This document shows positions 34,670 to 44,790 of a DNA stretch of 64,000 nt, one piece after another. The notes beneath the pieces were generated by a model, which was not told the DNA's origin, ran no database searches, and worked only from the letters and a program-made list of their open reading frames with translations. A program made the translations under genes and the position numbers. The DNA is from Candidatus Eiseniibacteriota bacterium (lineage in GTDB: Bacteria > Eisenbacteria > RBG-16-71-46), in contig JANLWX010000007.1 of the NCBI GenBank assembly GCA_031364845.1, positions 32,001-96,000 of the forward strand, in the 5' to 3' direction. Numbering within the stretch: position 1 is the first letter of the stretch; each line of letters begins with the position of its first letter.

Positions 34670-35332
34670 TCAGCCCGAATGGGGGTCGTCGGAGCCGGGT
34701 ACTGCGCCGTTCGCCTGCGGCGGGAGATATCCGTGCTGCGCCATGCGCGCCCCGCTCGCGGCGTGATCCTCGTTCGCCATGGCGTGAACTCCGCCGGCAT
34801 CGCACCAGCGGTTGTAGAAGTTGAACAACGCGCACACGGTGATCGCGTCATAGACCGCCTCCTGCGACCATCCGGCCCGGACGACCGCATCGATATGTTC
34901 GCGATTCAAGTCCCAGGACGCGCGGTTCATCTGCTCGACGAATGTGAACAGCGCGCGGTCGGCCTCGGATATCGGTGCGGTGACGAGGTCCGCGAGCACT
35001 GCATCCACGCGTGCGCGATCGCCGAGCAGCTCCGCCGCGACCGCGGCGTGGCTGTTGAGTCAGAACGGGCAATGGTTGAGCCGCGACGTGTAGGCCGCGA
35101 TCAACTCGCGCAGCCCCGGTTCGAGCGGCGAGGGTCCGCGCATCACCTCGTGGGTGAAGCGCGACAGGTGCTGCGTGCGTTCGGGCTTGTAGGCGAACAG
35201 GAACATGATCTGCGGCACGTCCATGCCCGCGCGCGCGAGGCCCTCGATCACGCCGGCGTATGCGCCGGCCGGCGATTCGTGCAGCGCCGGCAGGAACATC
35301 GCTTCGCCCGTCGCGCCGGGATCGCCCTTCAC
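34670..35332 (-). CDS. AhpD/carboxymuconolactone-decarboxylase-like selenoprotein (UGA=Sec at 35060-35062)
   Basis: ORFs 35060-35332 and 34670-35008 are in frame; readthrough gives RELIAAYTSRLNHCPF-U-LNSH...ALFNFYNRW; SECIS-like hairpin follows. Confidence 0.88.
35027..35054 (-). promoter_or_regulatory. Putative bacterial SECIS element (AhpD-like gene)
   Basis: mRNA CAGC-CA-CGCCGC-GGUC-GCGGCG-GA-GCUG; apical loop begins 17 nt after the UGA. Confidence 0.75.
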
Positions 35333-35757
35333 GAGACTTCCTCGTACGCGCGCGCCGCGCGCAGCAGCTCATCGGGAATCGGAGCCGGCACCATGCGGCC
35401 GTTCTCGCGGCGCATGAACGCGACCTGCTGCTCGCCGCGCGCGACCGGTTGTTCGCCCTGCGCCGTCGCGAGCAGATAGTCGAACTTCATCGTGAGCCGG
35501 TTCTGCGCGGCACCGCCGAAGTGCATGCGGACGATCACTTCGTCGAACGGTTCCAGCTCGCGCAGGTATTCGCACGAGCAGCGCGTGGTCACGAGCACGA
35601 GCCCGCCGCCGATCTCTTCGAGCATGTTCGGCGCGTGGTCGCGCAGGAACAACTCGCGGCAGCGGCCCTGCCAGCGGATGAAGTTCACGTAATAGACATT
35701 GCCGAGCAGGTTGGTCTCTTCGAACGCGACCACGTGACGCATTTCATAGCCCGCCAT
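35329..35757 (-). CDS. Enediyne hot-dog thioesterase (E10/TEBC family)
   Basis: YEMRHVVAFEETNLLGNVYYVNFIRWQGRCRELFL. Confidence 0.92.
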   Translation of the reverse strand: MAGYEMRHVVAFEETNLLGNVYYVNFIRWQGRCRELFLRDHAPNMLEEIGGGLVLVTTRCSCEYLRELEPFDEVIVRMHFGGAAQNRLTMKFDYLLATAQGEQPVARGEQQVAFMRRENGRMVPAPIPDELLRAARAYEEVS

Positions 35758-38700
35758 CGTCCCTCCTTGCGAGCACCGCCATCACCGTGGGTTCCGTTGC
35801 GTCCTGGATCGAGGCGAGGTAGGTCGCGACCCGCAGCGGGCCCGACGCGAGCACCGTCCAGCCGTCGGCGCCGGTCTCGACCAGCACTAGCGGCTGATCG
35901 CCCGCCCAGCCTGCCTTGCGCAGACACTCGTGCGCTGCCCACACCCGCGTGGCGGCCGGACCGAGTTCGCCCGCCGACTCGCTCGCCATCCGTTCCGCGA
36001 GGCCGAAGCGCCGCGGTCCGAGCAGATCGCGCCATTGCAGTTCGGTGCGCGCGATCACACCGGCGACGTCGCAGCCGATCGGCCCGCAGCCGCCGATCGC
36101 GAACGTCAGCGTGCCCGCATGCGATGACGAAACCGATTGCGCGGGCTCGGACGGAAGCGAAGGCTTGCCGTTGGGGTCGCGGTGCACGGCGATCGCGCGG
36201 CCAAAGGCGAGGCTCATCGCGTGTTCGCTGTTGCCTCCGCGGGTGGCGTGGCCGTTCGCCGCGAGCGCCACGCGCACGGCCGAGCCCGGAATCAACTCGG
36301 CGACGCGCCGCTCGACGTAGGGTCCGAGCAGCGGCAGCGGCCACGCGCCGGCGCGCGCGACACCCGGCATCGCCTTGAGTTCGAGTCCTTCCCAGCGTTC
36401 GCGCACGCGGCCGCCGGCGTCCGCGATCTCGAGGTCGTAGACGAACCGATCCCCGAGCCGCGACCGCTCGCGCGCGTGCACGGTCCACGGCGCGCCCGCG
36501 CCCAGATCGCCGGGGACGATGCGCGCGACCGCGGTCGGCAGCACCGTCATGTGGGGGATGCACGCCTGGATGCCGTGGATCGCGGCGTCGCGCGCGCCGG
36601 GATCGCCGAGCACGAGGTCGGCGGGCACGTAAGGCCCGAACCACTCGGGCCGGGTGTCGGTCGCGATCTCGACCACGCATTCGGTCGCTCGCAGCACACG
36701 GTAGTTCAGCACGCGCTGGAAGCGGCCGCTCTGGAACAGCATGCCGCCGTAGAGATCGCGTTCCGGATCGAGCGGCAGCGGTCCGTTCAAATCGTCACGA
36801 TCGGCGAGGTGTTCCAGGCCCGCGGGCCGCGCGCCGAACACGCAGCGCGCCTCGAAGTGATCGACCGCGAAATCCGATTCGGACGAACGCAGCACGACGT
36901 CGACGCTGCCGTCCTCTCGCATGAGCGCCGCCACGCGCAGCGTGCACTCACCACCCGCGGGCACGGTGATCGGGCGATGGAACGCGACGCGCTCGAACAC
37001 CGGAGCATTTGATTCGCCGGCGAGCGTCATCGCGACCTGTGCGATCGCTTCGAGCCCCATCACGGCCGGCAGCAGCATCACGCCGCGATAGACGTGGTCG
37101 CGCAGATAGGGATCGCTCTCGGGCGAGAGATCGGTGTCGACCACCAGCTCGATGCCGGGATAGTGGACCGCGATCCGCTCGATGAACCGCCGCAGCGGCA
37201 TCGGCGGCTGCTCGAGTGCCAGCGTCGGTAACTCGCCGATGCGTCCGGCGACGATCACCGACGAGCCCGGCAACGGTGCGCGCAGCAGGCGCGACAGCAT
37301 CCCGATGCCGGCCTCTGGCGCGATCGGTGTGATGCCTTCGCGCATCAGCGCATCCAACCGCCCGAGTCGCTCGCCCATGCCGGTGCCGGACCACACCGAC
37401 CACTCCACCGACAGGCAGCGGCAGGCAGCGTGCTCGGTCTGGAAGCGCTCGACGAAGCGCGTGAGCCATTCGTTCGCGAGGCCGTAGTCCGCTTCGCCGC
37501 GTAGTCCGGTGCGCGCGATGATCGAGCCGAACGTGACGAACAGTTTGAGCGTGCCGGGATCGATCGCCGCGAGCACGTTGCGCGCGCCGTCGAGTTTCGT
37601 GCGCAGCGTGCGCTCGACGATGGCTTCAGTGAGCGCGCTCAGCGGGCGCGGTTCGTTGATGCCGGCGCCGTGCAGCACCGCGACGACCGGGCCGAGACGC
37701 TGCTCGATCGAGCGCACTGCGTCGCGCACGGCTTCCGCGTCGGTGACGTCGGCCGCGGCGTAGTACGTCGTCACACCCGCGGCCGCGAAGCGCGCGAGGT
37801 TCGCCGCCAGCGCGGGATCGCTGCCGGCATCGGAGCGCCCGATCAGGCCGAGCTTCACGCCGTATTCGCGTGCGAGTGCCAGCGCGCATTCGGCCGCGAT
37901 GCCTTTGCCGCCGCCGGTGACGAGCATCACGTCGTCCTTCGCGAGCGGCGGAGCGTGCACGGCGGCCGTTTCCGTGAGCGGCGTCATCACCGGTTCGTGG
38001 CGCCGCCCATCGCGGTCGTAGCGCGCCTCGTGATAACCGAGTGCCGCGTTCGCTTCGGCGACGATCCAGGCGACGGCGTCTTTGTGGTCGTACGGCACAT
38101 CCACCACGCACGTCGTGGTGTCGCGCGATTCGAGGTGCAGGCTGCGCGCGAACGCGCCGCCGCCGCCGCCCTGCTGCACGACCACGAAGCGCGCGCCGCG
38201 GTCCGCCATCGCGAGCCGCGCGCCTTCGAGCAGCCGCGCGATGTCGCGCGCATCAGGCTCCGCGGCGAGGCACACGACGACTCCGCGGCCGGTGCCCTCG
38301 GCGTGCAGTGCGCGTTCGAGGTCCGCCGCGATTGGATGCTGAGCGTCGGCGAGCACGCGCCATTCCGCGGGGCCGGCGGGCTTCGGACGTGACGGGCGCG
38401 GGCGTTCGACTTCGCGCACGACGAACGGACGCACCCAGGGACCGACGCCTTCGGCGATGCGGCGCGGCGCTTTCGGCGCGCCGCCGGTGCGCAGCTCGGC
38501 CAGCGCGATCGCGAGTTCGGCGACCGTGGCTCCGGCATAGCTCGCGGGATCCGCGGGCGCGGGCAAGCCGAGGCGCCGCGCGCCGTCGACTGCCAGTTGC
38601 CCGACGGTGATCGAGTTCAGGTGCAGGTCACCGAGCAGGCGATCATCGTCACCGACCGCGGATACCGGCAGCTCGACCTGTTCGGCGACGAGCCGCCGCA

Positions 38701-41608
38701 CGACTTCGAGCACAGCCGCGGGGTCGTCGGCGGACTCGGCGCCGTTGCCGTGCGCGGCGCCGTTCGTGGCCGCCGGTTCGTGATCGCGATCGACGGTTGC
38801 CGTGGCGCCGCTCGTCGTGTGCGCCGCTACGGCGTGCGTGCCTGCGTCCGAAGGCAACGGCGCCTGCTCGCACGGATTCGCGAAGAAGCTCAGCGGGCGA
38901 TCGAGGTCGAACGCGCGCGCGAAACGCCCGGCGAACAACGGCTGCGGATCGACCGCGCCGCCGAGCGCCCACACCGCGCCCGTCGCGCGCAGCAGGCCGG
39001 CGATCGATTCGCTGCCGGCGTCGAGTGCGATCGCGGGGGCGGGGCCGAGATCCGCGACCAGTCCGCTCAGCACGTGCCCTGGACCGACCTCGATCCACAA
39101 ATCCACATTGCGCGCATGGCTCACGGCTTCCACGAAGCGCACCGGATGCGTGACCTGGCGACACAGCAGCTCTCGCACGTCGTCGTCGCGCCCGAGCGGA
39201 GTACCGCTCACGGTCGAGAGCACGCGGCGCTCGACCGGTTCGAATCGTTCGCGATCGAGCTGCGCGCGCAGCGCCGGTTCGGCCGCGGCCACGAGCGGCG
39301 AGTGGAACGCATGCGATACCGCGAGCGCGGTCGCCGGAATGCTCCGCGCCCGCGCGATCTCGACCACCGCGGTGACGGCGTTCGCTTCACCCGCGATCAC
39401 GGTGCGGCGCGGGCCGTTCAAGCCCGCGATCACCACCGCATGTCCCGCGATCAGAGTGCCGACTTCTTCAGCCGTCGCGGCGAGGCTCGCCATGGTTCCG
39501 TTCGAAGCCGCGAGATCCGCCATCGCGCGTCCGCGCGCGGCGGCGATCCGCACCAGCGCGTCCGCGTCGAACACCGAGGCCCAGTGGCATGCCGTGATCT
39601 CGCCGAGGCTGTGGCCCACGGCCACCTCGGCGCACACGCCGAGCTCATCGAGCAGCCGAAGTGCTGCGAGTGAATTCGTGACGATCGCGGGCTGCGCGAT
39701 CTGGGTCGCGGTCGTGTCGGTGGTCGTTGCCGCTTCCGCCGCGACACGCGTTGCGACCGCGTCGTACAAAGGCCGCAGCGACTCGAACCGCCGCGCCCAC
39801 AGACCGCCTGCGACGTTCGAGGGCGCGCCCTGGCCCGTGAACAGAAATCCGATGCGCGGTGACGTGCCGCCCAGTGCGCCCAGGCTGATGCCGCGCGCGA
39901 CATCGAGCCGTACCTCGACGCCTTCGGCGAGCCACGCATCCAGCACACCGAGGCGTTCGTCGAGTTCGCCTGGCGTCGAGGCGACCACCGCCGCGCGTCG
40001 CGCATCGGCGCCGGCCGTTGCCTTCGCCGCCAGCGAGTTCTGCAACGTGCACGCGACGTCCGCCATCTCGGCCAGGGAGAGCCGGCCGGCCAGCGCGCGA
40101 AGCCGCGCGATCTGATCGCGGAGCGCCTGCGTGTCGGCGCCCTCCAAGAGAAACAACTCGGCATCCTGCGGACTGGAGATCAGCGCTCGCTCATCGTCCG
40201 TGAGCGCCGTGCGGCGTTCCGGGGTCGCGCTCTCGATCACGACGTGCGTGTCGATCCCGCCGAAGCCCATCGCGCTCACCGCGGCGCGCAGCGGCATGCC
40301 GGACGGCCACAACTCTCCCGAGCGCGGCGTTCTGAGATCGGCACGGTCGCGCACGAGACGCGGGTGCGGATCGCGCTGTCCCGCGAGCGGCGGCAGCACC
40401 TGCGCGCGCACCGACATCGTCGCCTTGATCAGCCCCGCCACGCCGGCCGCGGCCTTGGTGTGGCCCATGTTCGCCTTGATCGATCCGAGTGCGGCGGCGG
40501 GTGCGGTGCCGGTGCCGCGCGCGCGCAGGATCACATCCAACTCGGTGAGGTCGCCGACTTCGGTTCCGGTCCCGTGTCCTTCGAAGTAGCCGATCGTTTC
40601 CGCGCCGAAGCCCGCGCGGCGATAGGCGCGCTCGAGTGCGAGCAACTGGCCCGAAGCTTCGGGCCGCGTCATGCCGCCGCTGCCGTCCGAAGCCACGCCC
40701 CAGCCGCGGATCACACCGTGGATGCGCCGTCCTTCGGCGCGCGCCTGATCGGCGCGCATCAGCACCACGAAACCGCAGCCTTCGCCGGGCCAGAAGCCGG
40801 TGGCGCGGGCGTCGTAGACGCGCATGTCCTCGCGCGCGAGCACGCCGACGCGCGAGAACCCGACCAGTTCGAACGGATCGAGGCTCAGATCGACGCCGCC
40901 CGCGAGTGCGAGGTCGAGATCGCCCGCCGCGAGCGCCGAGCATGCGGTGGTGACCGCGAGCAGCGACGAGGCGCACGCGCCATCGACGGTGTAGCCGCCG
41001 CCGTTCAGGTCAAAGTGATTGCAGATGCGTCCGGCGATCGTGTTCGACAATCCGCCGGCAAGCGACTCGCCGCCGACGGCCGGGAACGGAGCCTTGTAGC
41101 GCGTCTCGAGCGAGGCGAGGAACGCCTGGCGGCGCTCGGGCGCCCAGTCGCTCTCCGCGAGTGCGGCGTCGACCACGCGCCGCACGTAGGGCCAGCGCAA
41201 ACGCAGCGTGTTCGCGCGCGAGAATTCGCCGGTCAGCGTGTTGCCGACCAGCACTCCGGTCATCGCGCGCGGCAGGCCGTGTCCGTCGGCGAAGCCCGCG
41301 TCGGCCAGCGCCTGATCGGCGACGTCGAGCGCCAGCCAGTGCGCGAGGTCGACCTCGCGATACGTGGCGCCGGCGGTGCGGAAGCGCACGCGATCGAACT
41401 CGTAGCCTTCGATCACCGCGGCCTGCGTGGTCGTCACCGAGTCCGACAATCCGGCGTCCGCGTGATAGTCCTCGATCCGCAGGCGCTCGGCCGGCATGCG
41501 GCGGAACGCGCGGCGCTGCGCGAGCGCGTTCTCCCACAGTTCGGCGGGGGAGCGCGCATCGGGGTAGCGGCAGCCCATGCCGATGATCGCGATCGCGTGA
41601 TCAGGCAT
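35744..41608 (-). CDS. pksE: Enediyne iterative type I polyketide synthase (KS-AT-ACP-KR-DH-PPTase)
   Basis: GNTLTGEFSRA..LRLRWPYV; DGACASSL, EGHGTGT, GHTKAAAG; GHSLG/AFHS; DLHLNSI; GGGKGIAAECA; HVYRG...LP; GKP..SSSHAG..GCD. Confidence 0.96.
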   Translation of the reverse strand: MPDHAIAIIGMGCRYPDARSPAELWENALAQRRAFRRMPAERLRIEDYHADAGLSDSVTTTQAAVIEGYEFDRVRFRTAGATYREVDLAHWLALDVADQALADAGFADGHGLPRAMTGVLVGNTLTGEFSRANTLRLRWPYVRRVVDAALAESDWAPERRQAFLASLETRYKAPFPAVGGESLAGGLSNTIAGRICNHFDLNGGGYTVDGACASSLLAVTTACSALAAGDLDLALAGGVDLSLDPFELVGFSRVGVLAREDMRVYDARATGFWPGEGCGFVVLMRADQARAEGRRIHGVIRGWGVASDGSGGMTRPEASGQLLALERAYRRAGFGAETIGYFEGHGTGTEVGDLTELDVILRARGTGTAPAAALGSIKANMGHTKAAAGVAGLIKATMSVRAQVLPPLAGQRDPHPRLVRDRADLRTPRSGELWPSGMPLRAAVSAMGFGGIDTHVVIESATPERRTALTDDERALISSPQDAELFLLEGADTQALRDQIARLRALAGRLSLAEMADVACTLQNSLAAKATAGADARRAAVVASTPGELDERLGVLDAWLAEGVEVRLDVARGISLGALGGTSPRIGFLFTGQGAPSNVAGGLWARRFESLRPLYDAVATRVAAEAATTTDTTATQIAQPAIVTNSLAALRLLDELGVCAEVAVGHSLGEITACHWASVFDADALVRIAAARGRAMADLAASNGTMASLAATAEEVGTLIAGHAVVIAGLNGPRRTVIAGEANAVTAVVEIARARSIPATALAVSHAFHSPLVAAAEPALRAQLDRERFEPVERRVLSTVSGTPLGRDDDVRELLCRQVTHPVRFVEAVSHARNVDLWIEVGPGHVLSGLVADLGPAPAIALDAGSESIAGLLRATGAVWALGGAVDPQPLFAGRFARAFDLDRPLSFFANPCEQAPLPSDAGTHAVAAHTTSGATATVDRDHEPAATNGAAHGNGAESADDPAAVLEVVRRLVAEQVELPVSAVGDDDRLLGDLHLNSITVGQLAVDGARRLGLPAPADPASYAGATVAELAIALAELRTGGAPKAPRRIAEGVGPWVRPFVVREVERPRPSRPKPAGPAEWRVLADAQHPIAADLERALHAEGTGRGVVVCLAAEPDARDIARLLEGARLAMADRGARFVVVQQGGGGGAFARSLHLESRDTTTCVVDVPYDHKDAVAWIVAEANAALGYHEARYDRDGRRHEPVMTPLTETAAVHAPPLAKDDVMLVTGGGKGIAAECALALAREYGVKLGLIGRSDAGSDPALAANLARFAAAGVTTYYAAADVTDAEAVRDAVRSIEQRLGPVVAVLHGAGINEPRPLSALTEAIVERTLRTKLDGARNVLAAIDPGTLKLFVTFGSIIARTGLRGEADYGLANEWLTRFVERFQTEHAACRCLSVEWSVWSGTGMGERLGRLDALMREGITPIAPEAGIGMLSRLLRAPLPGSSVIVAGRIGELPTLALEQPPMPLRRFIERIAVHYPGIELVVDTDLSPESDPYLRDHVYRGVMLLPAVMGLEAIAQVAMTLAGESNAPVFERVAFHRPITVPAGGECTLRVAALMREDGSVDVVLRSSESDFAVDHFEARCVFGARPAGLEHLADRDDLNGPLPLDPERDLYGGMLFQSGRFQRVLNYRVLRATECVVEIATDTRPEWFGPYVPADLVLGDPGARDAAIHGIQACIPHMTVLPTAVARIVPGDLGAGAPWTVHARERSRLGDRFVYDLEIADAGGRVRERWEGLELKAMPGVARAGAWPLPLLGPYVERRVAELIPGSAVRVALAANGHATRGGNSEHAMSLAFGRAIAVHRDPNGKPSLPSEPAQSVSSSHAGTLTFAIGGCGPIGCDVAGVIARTELQWRDLLGPRRFGLAERMASESAGELGPAATRVWAAHECLRKAGWAGDQPLVLVETGADGWTVLASGPLRVATYLASIQDATEPTVMAVLARRDDGGL

Positions 41609-42554
41609 GGGCGAACTCGCGCTCTTGAGTGAAGTGGTTCTGGATGCGCTGGCGCCACACTTCGAAGGCCGGAGCGTCGCCTTCGCTCTCGAGATTCTGG
41701 CGCGCGCGCTCGGTGATCGCGGCGGCCTCGGGAGCGGTCATTCCGCACAGGATCTCGCACGCGAGGTCTGTGCCGGGCGCGGGATTCCCCGCGCGCACGC
41801 GGGCCTGCGCGGCGAACGCCGCACCCTGCGCGACTTCGGGGAGAAATGTGCCGCACGCCGCACGCAGTGCCGTCAATCCGGTGCGATCGATGCCCCCCGC
41901 GTATGTGGCGGCGAGGCCCGCGCCCGCCCACAGATCGCTGCGGCGCGCGGGATCGAAGCGCGCGATCGTGCGCGCGATGCGCGAGGGCTCGGCGCCTTCG
42001 ACGAACCACAGACTGCGTCCGAGGCCCTGATCGAACACACGCTGCGCATGGGCGCTCAACTGCTCCGGTCGCCGCTGTTCCGTGATGGTTCGCGGCCAAT
42101 GGAAGTATCCGTCGTGGAAGCCGAGGCCGTCGATCACGAGCCAGCGCAGCACCGGATCGTCCTCGTTTTTCATGAAGCGGGCGACGTTGCCGCCGAGCCG
42201 CGCCGCGGCCCAGCCGGCACCGATGTACACCATGTAGGCGTGGGGCGCGCCCGGGCCTTTGAGCAGCGCGCGCCACTGGCTGTCCCGCCACGGCATTACG
42301 GTGTCGAGCAGCGCGAGGCCCATCGCGGCACCTTCCCAGGCGAAGCCCGCCATCTCGCGCTCCACCCCCGCGAGGCGCTCGGGCAGCCGGTCGGCGCGCG
42401 TGACATCGAGGGCGGCGTGGTATCCGTCGACGAAGGTTCCGCCGATGGCTTCGAGGCGCTGGCGGACCGCGGGCGCGGCCCCGCGAAAACCGCGGCGCTC
42501 GAAGCGAGTCTCAGCGGCGGAAATGCCGAACACGAGCCTGCGAAGCGCGCGCAC
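41601..42554 (-). CDS. Enediyne cassette protein E3/UnbL (DUF1702)
   Basis: GFAWEGAAM, WLVIDGLGFHDGYF, DQGLGRSLWF, DLWAGAGLAATYAGG; GTG start after GGAGG. Confidence 0.92.
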   Translation of the reverse strand: MRALRRLVFGISAAETRFERRGFRGAAPAVRQRLEAIGGTFVDGYHAALDVTRADRLPERLAGVEREMAGFAWEGAAMGLALLDTVMPWRDSQWRALLKGPGAPHAYMVYIGAGWAAARLGGNVARFMKNEDDPVLRWLVIDGLGFHDGYFHWPRTITEQRRPEQLSAHAQRVFDQGLGRSLWFVEGAEPSRIARTIARFDPARRSDLWAGAGLAATYAGGIDRTGLTALRAACGTFLPEVAQGAAFAAQARVRAGNPAPGTDLACEILCGMTAPEAAAITERARQNLESEGDAPAFEVWRQRIQNHFTQEREFAHA

Positions 42555-42826
42555 GAGGGAACGCCTCCATGATCGAACGTGCCCGGTGAGTGTGTCCCGC
42601 GCGTGATTCAAGACAGACGGCGGCGGTGTTTGGGGTCGAAGCGGCTGGCGGCCCAGGCACGAGTGTGCTTCGCACGAAGTTTCCGCCCCCATGCGCATGA
42701 ATGTCAAGGATTTCCACGTTTCAAGCCGCCCCCGGTTGGCGTAAGCTGTCGCTGCCTCGCCTAGCATGAACCGGGCGGACCTGTAGCCCGGTCCGGGCCT
42801 GGGGCTCGCCGCGCTCCGGAGCAACC

Positions 42827-44790
42827 ATGAACGCATTCGTCCTGCGCACGATCGTGATGGCCGTGATGCTCGCCGCGGGATCGTTCTGGATCCGGCACAA
42901 CGACCGGCCGGTCGTGGAAGCGGGCGTTCGGTTCGAGGAGATCTCCGAGCGCGCCGGCTGCCGCAACGTGCACACGAAAGTCGAGCTGTCGCCACGTTTC
43001 GCGAACATCATGCCGTGGCTGGCTTCGGTCGGCGCGGCCGTTACCGCGGCGGACTACGATGGCGACGGTTGGATCGACCTCTACCTCACGAACTCCGGCC
43101 GCGGCGACGCCAATCGGCTGTTCCGCAATCGCGGCGACGGGACCTTCGAAGAGCGCGCGGCCCAGAGCGGTGTGGCGTGCGGCAACGCCGAAGGCGCGTG
43201 CATGCACGCGGTGTTCGGCGACATCGACAACGATGGCGATCCGGACCTCTACGTCGCCAAGTGGGCCGCCGAGAACCAGCTGTTCGAAAACCAGGGCGAC
43301 GGAACGTTTCGCGACGTGACCGCGCGCGCCGGAGTCGGGCACTGGGGCTACGCGAACTCGGCGACGTTCGTCGACTTCGATCGCGACGGGCGGCTGGATC
43401 TGCTGGTCGGCAACTATTTCGCAGAGCAGGTCATCGATCCGCGCACCGGTGCGCTCGCGCGCTCCGATCTGTGGAATCCGGTTTCGAGCCGCGTGATGCA
43501 CTCGACGTTCACGCACGCCGACAACGGCGGCCGCACGCTGCTCTATCGCAACCGCGGCGACGGCACGTTCGAGGACGTTGCGGAAGCGTCGGGACTCGAG
43601 TTCCGCGGATGGACGCTCGCGGTCGGAGCGGCCGATCTCGACAACGACGGCTGGCCCGACCTCTATCTCGCGAACGACTTCGGCCCCGACGAGCTGTACT
43701 TCAGCACCGGCAGCACGGAGCAGCCGCCGCGCTTCCGGCGTGTCATCGACACTTCCGGCCATCCGGGGATCGGCGACGACTGGTGAAGGGCATGAACGTC
43801 GACTTCGGCGATGTCGATGGCAACGGCTATCTCGACATCTACGTCACCAACATCTTCGAGCGGCGCTACAAGAGTGACGAAGGCAACATGCTGTGGCTCA
43901 ACTTCGCGCGACCGGGAACGGCAGGGGAGCGGCGGTTCGTGAACGTCGGGCTCGAGAGCGACGTCTACGACGGCGGCTGGGGCTGGGGTGCCAAGTTCCT
44001 CGACGCGAACGACGACGGGCTGCTCGACATCCTGGCACTCAACGGCTTCGTCAAAGGCGATCCCGACCACACCTACTGGTATGCGCTGCAGGAGATGGTG
44101 ACGCAGATGAAGAACAACTCGGCCGATGCCGCGGACTGGCCGGCGATGGGGCCGCGCGATCTGTCGGGCGGCCAGTCGAGTCGGCTATTTCTACAACAGG
44201 CGAAGGCCGCGCGGCCTTCCGGCCGGCGCCCGCCTGGTGATGGCGGTCCGCGCTTCGCCGAGCTGGCGACTTCGGCGGGCATCGACGATCGCGAGAACGG
44301 CCGCGGCGTCGCGGTGCTCGACTTCGACAACGACGGGGCACTCGACCTGTGCATCGCGAACCAGGGTGGACCGTCGCTGCTTTATCGCAACCGGCTTCAG
44401 CGCACCGCGACCGGTCCGCACTGGATCGGCCTTGCGCTGCAAGGTCGCCCGGATCTCAAGGGCTCGCTCGGCGCGGGTGCGCAGGTCAGCACCGCCGGAG
44501 CGATCGGCGCGCGCGCGGTGCTCGTGAGCGGCGATCGCACGCAGACGCTCGAAGTCTCAGGCGGCACCGGCTTCGCATCGCAAAGCGATCCGCGCCTTCA
44601 CTTCGGCATCGGCGAGCGCACTCGCGCCGACCTGCTGACCGTGCGCTGGCCGAGCGGACGCGTGCAGACCTTCTCGGGCGCCGAGCTCGACGCATGCCTC
44701 GGCGGCTACGCGCGGCTTGTCGAAGGCGGGGCACTCGAGCCGCGCGCCGGATCGCCGGCGGGCACCGCGGTGGCGAGCGTGACCCGATGA
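42827..44790 (+). pseudogene. Enediyne cassette E4/UnbV (CRTAC1/ASPIC-UnbV, FG-GAP repeats), split by an apparent 1-nt frameshift near 43785
   Basis: DxDxDG repeats in both halves; ...GDDW* then KGMNVDFGD in the adjacent frame; C-terminal GGTGFASQSDPRLHFG...VRWPSG. Confidence 0.85.

Noticed and set aside
43784..43786. E4 TGA as a third selenocysteine codon
   Set aside because: Readthrough meets another TGA two codons later, and homology continues in a different frame
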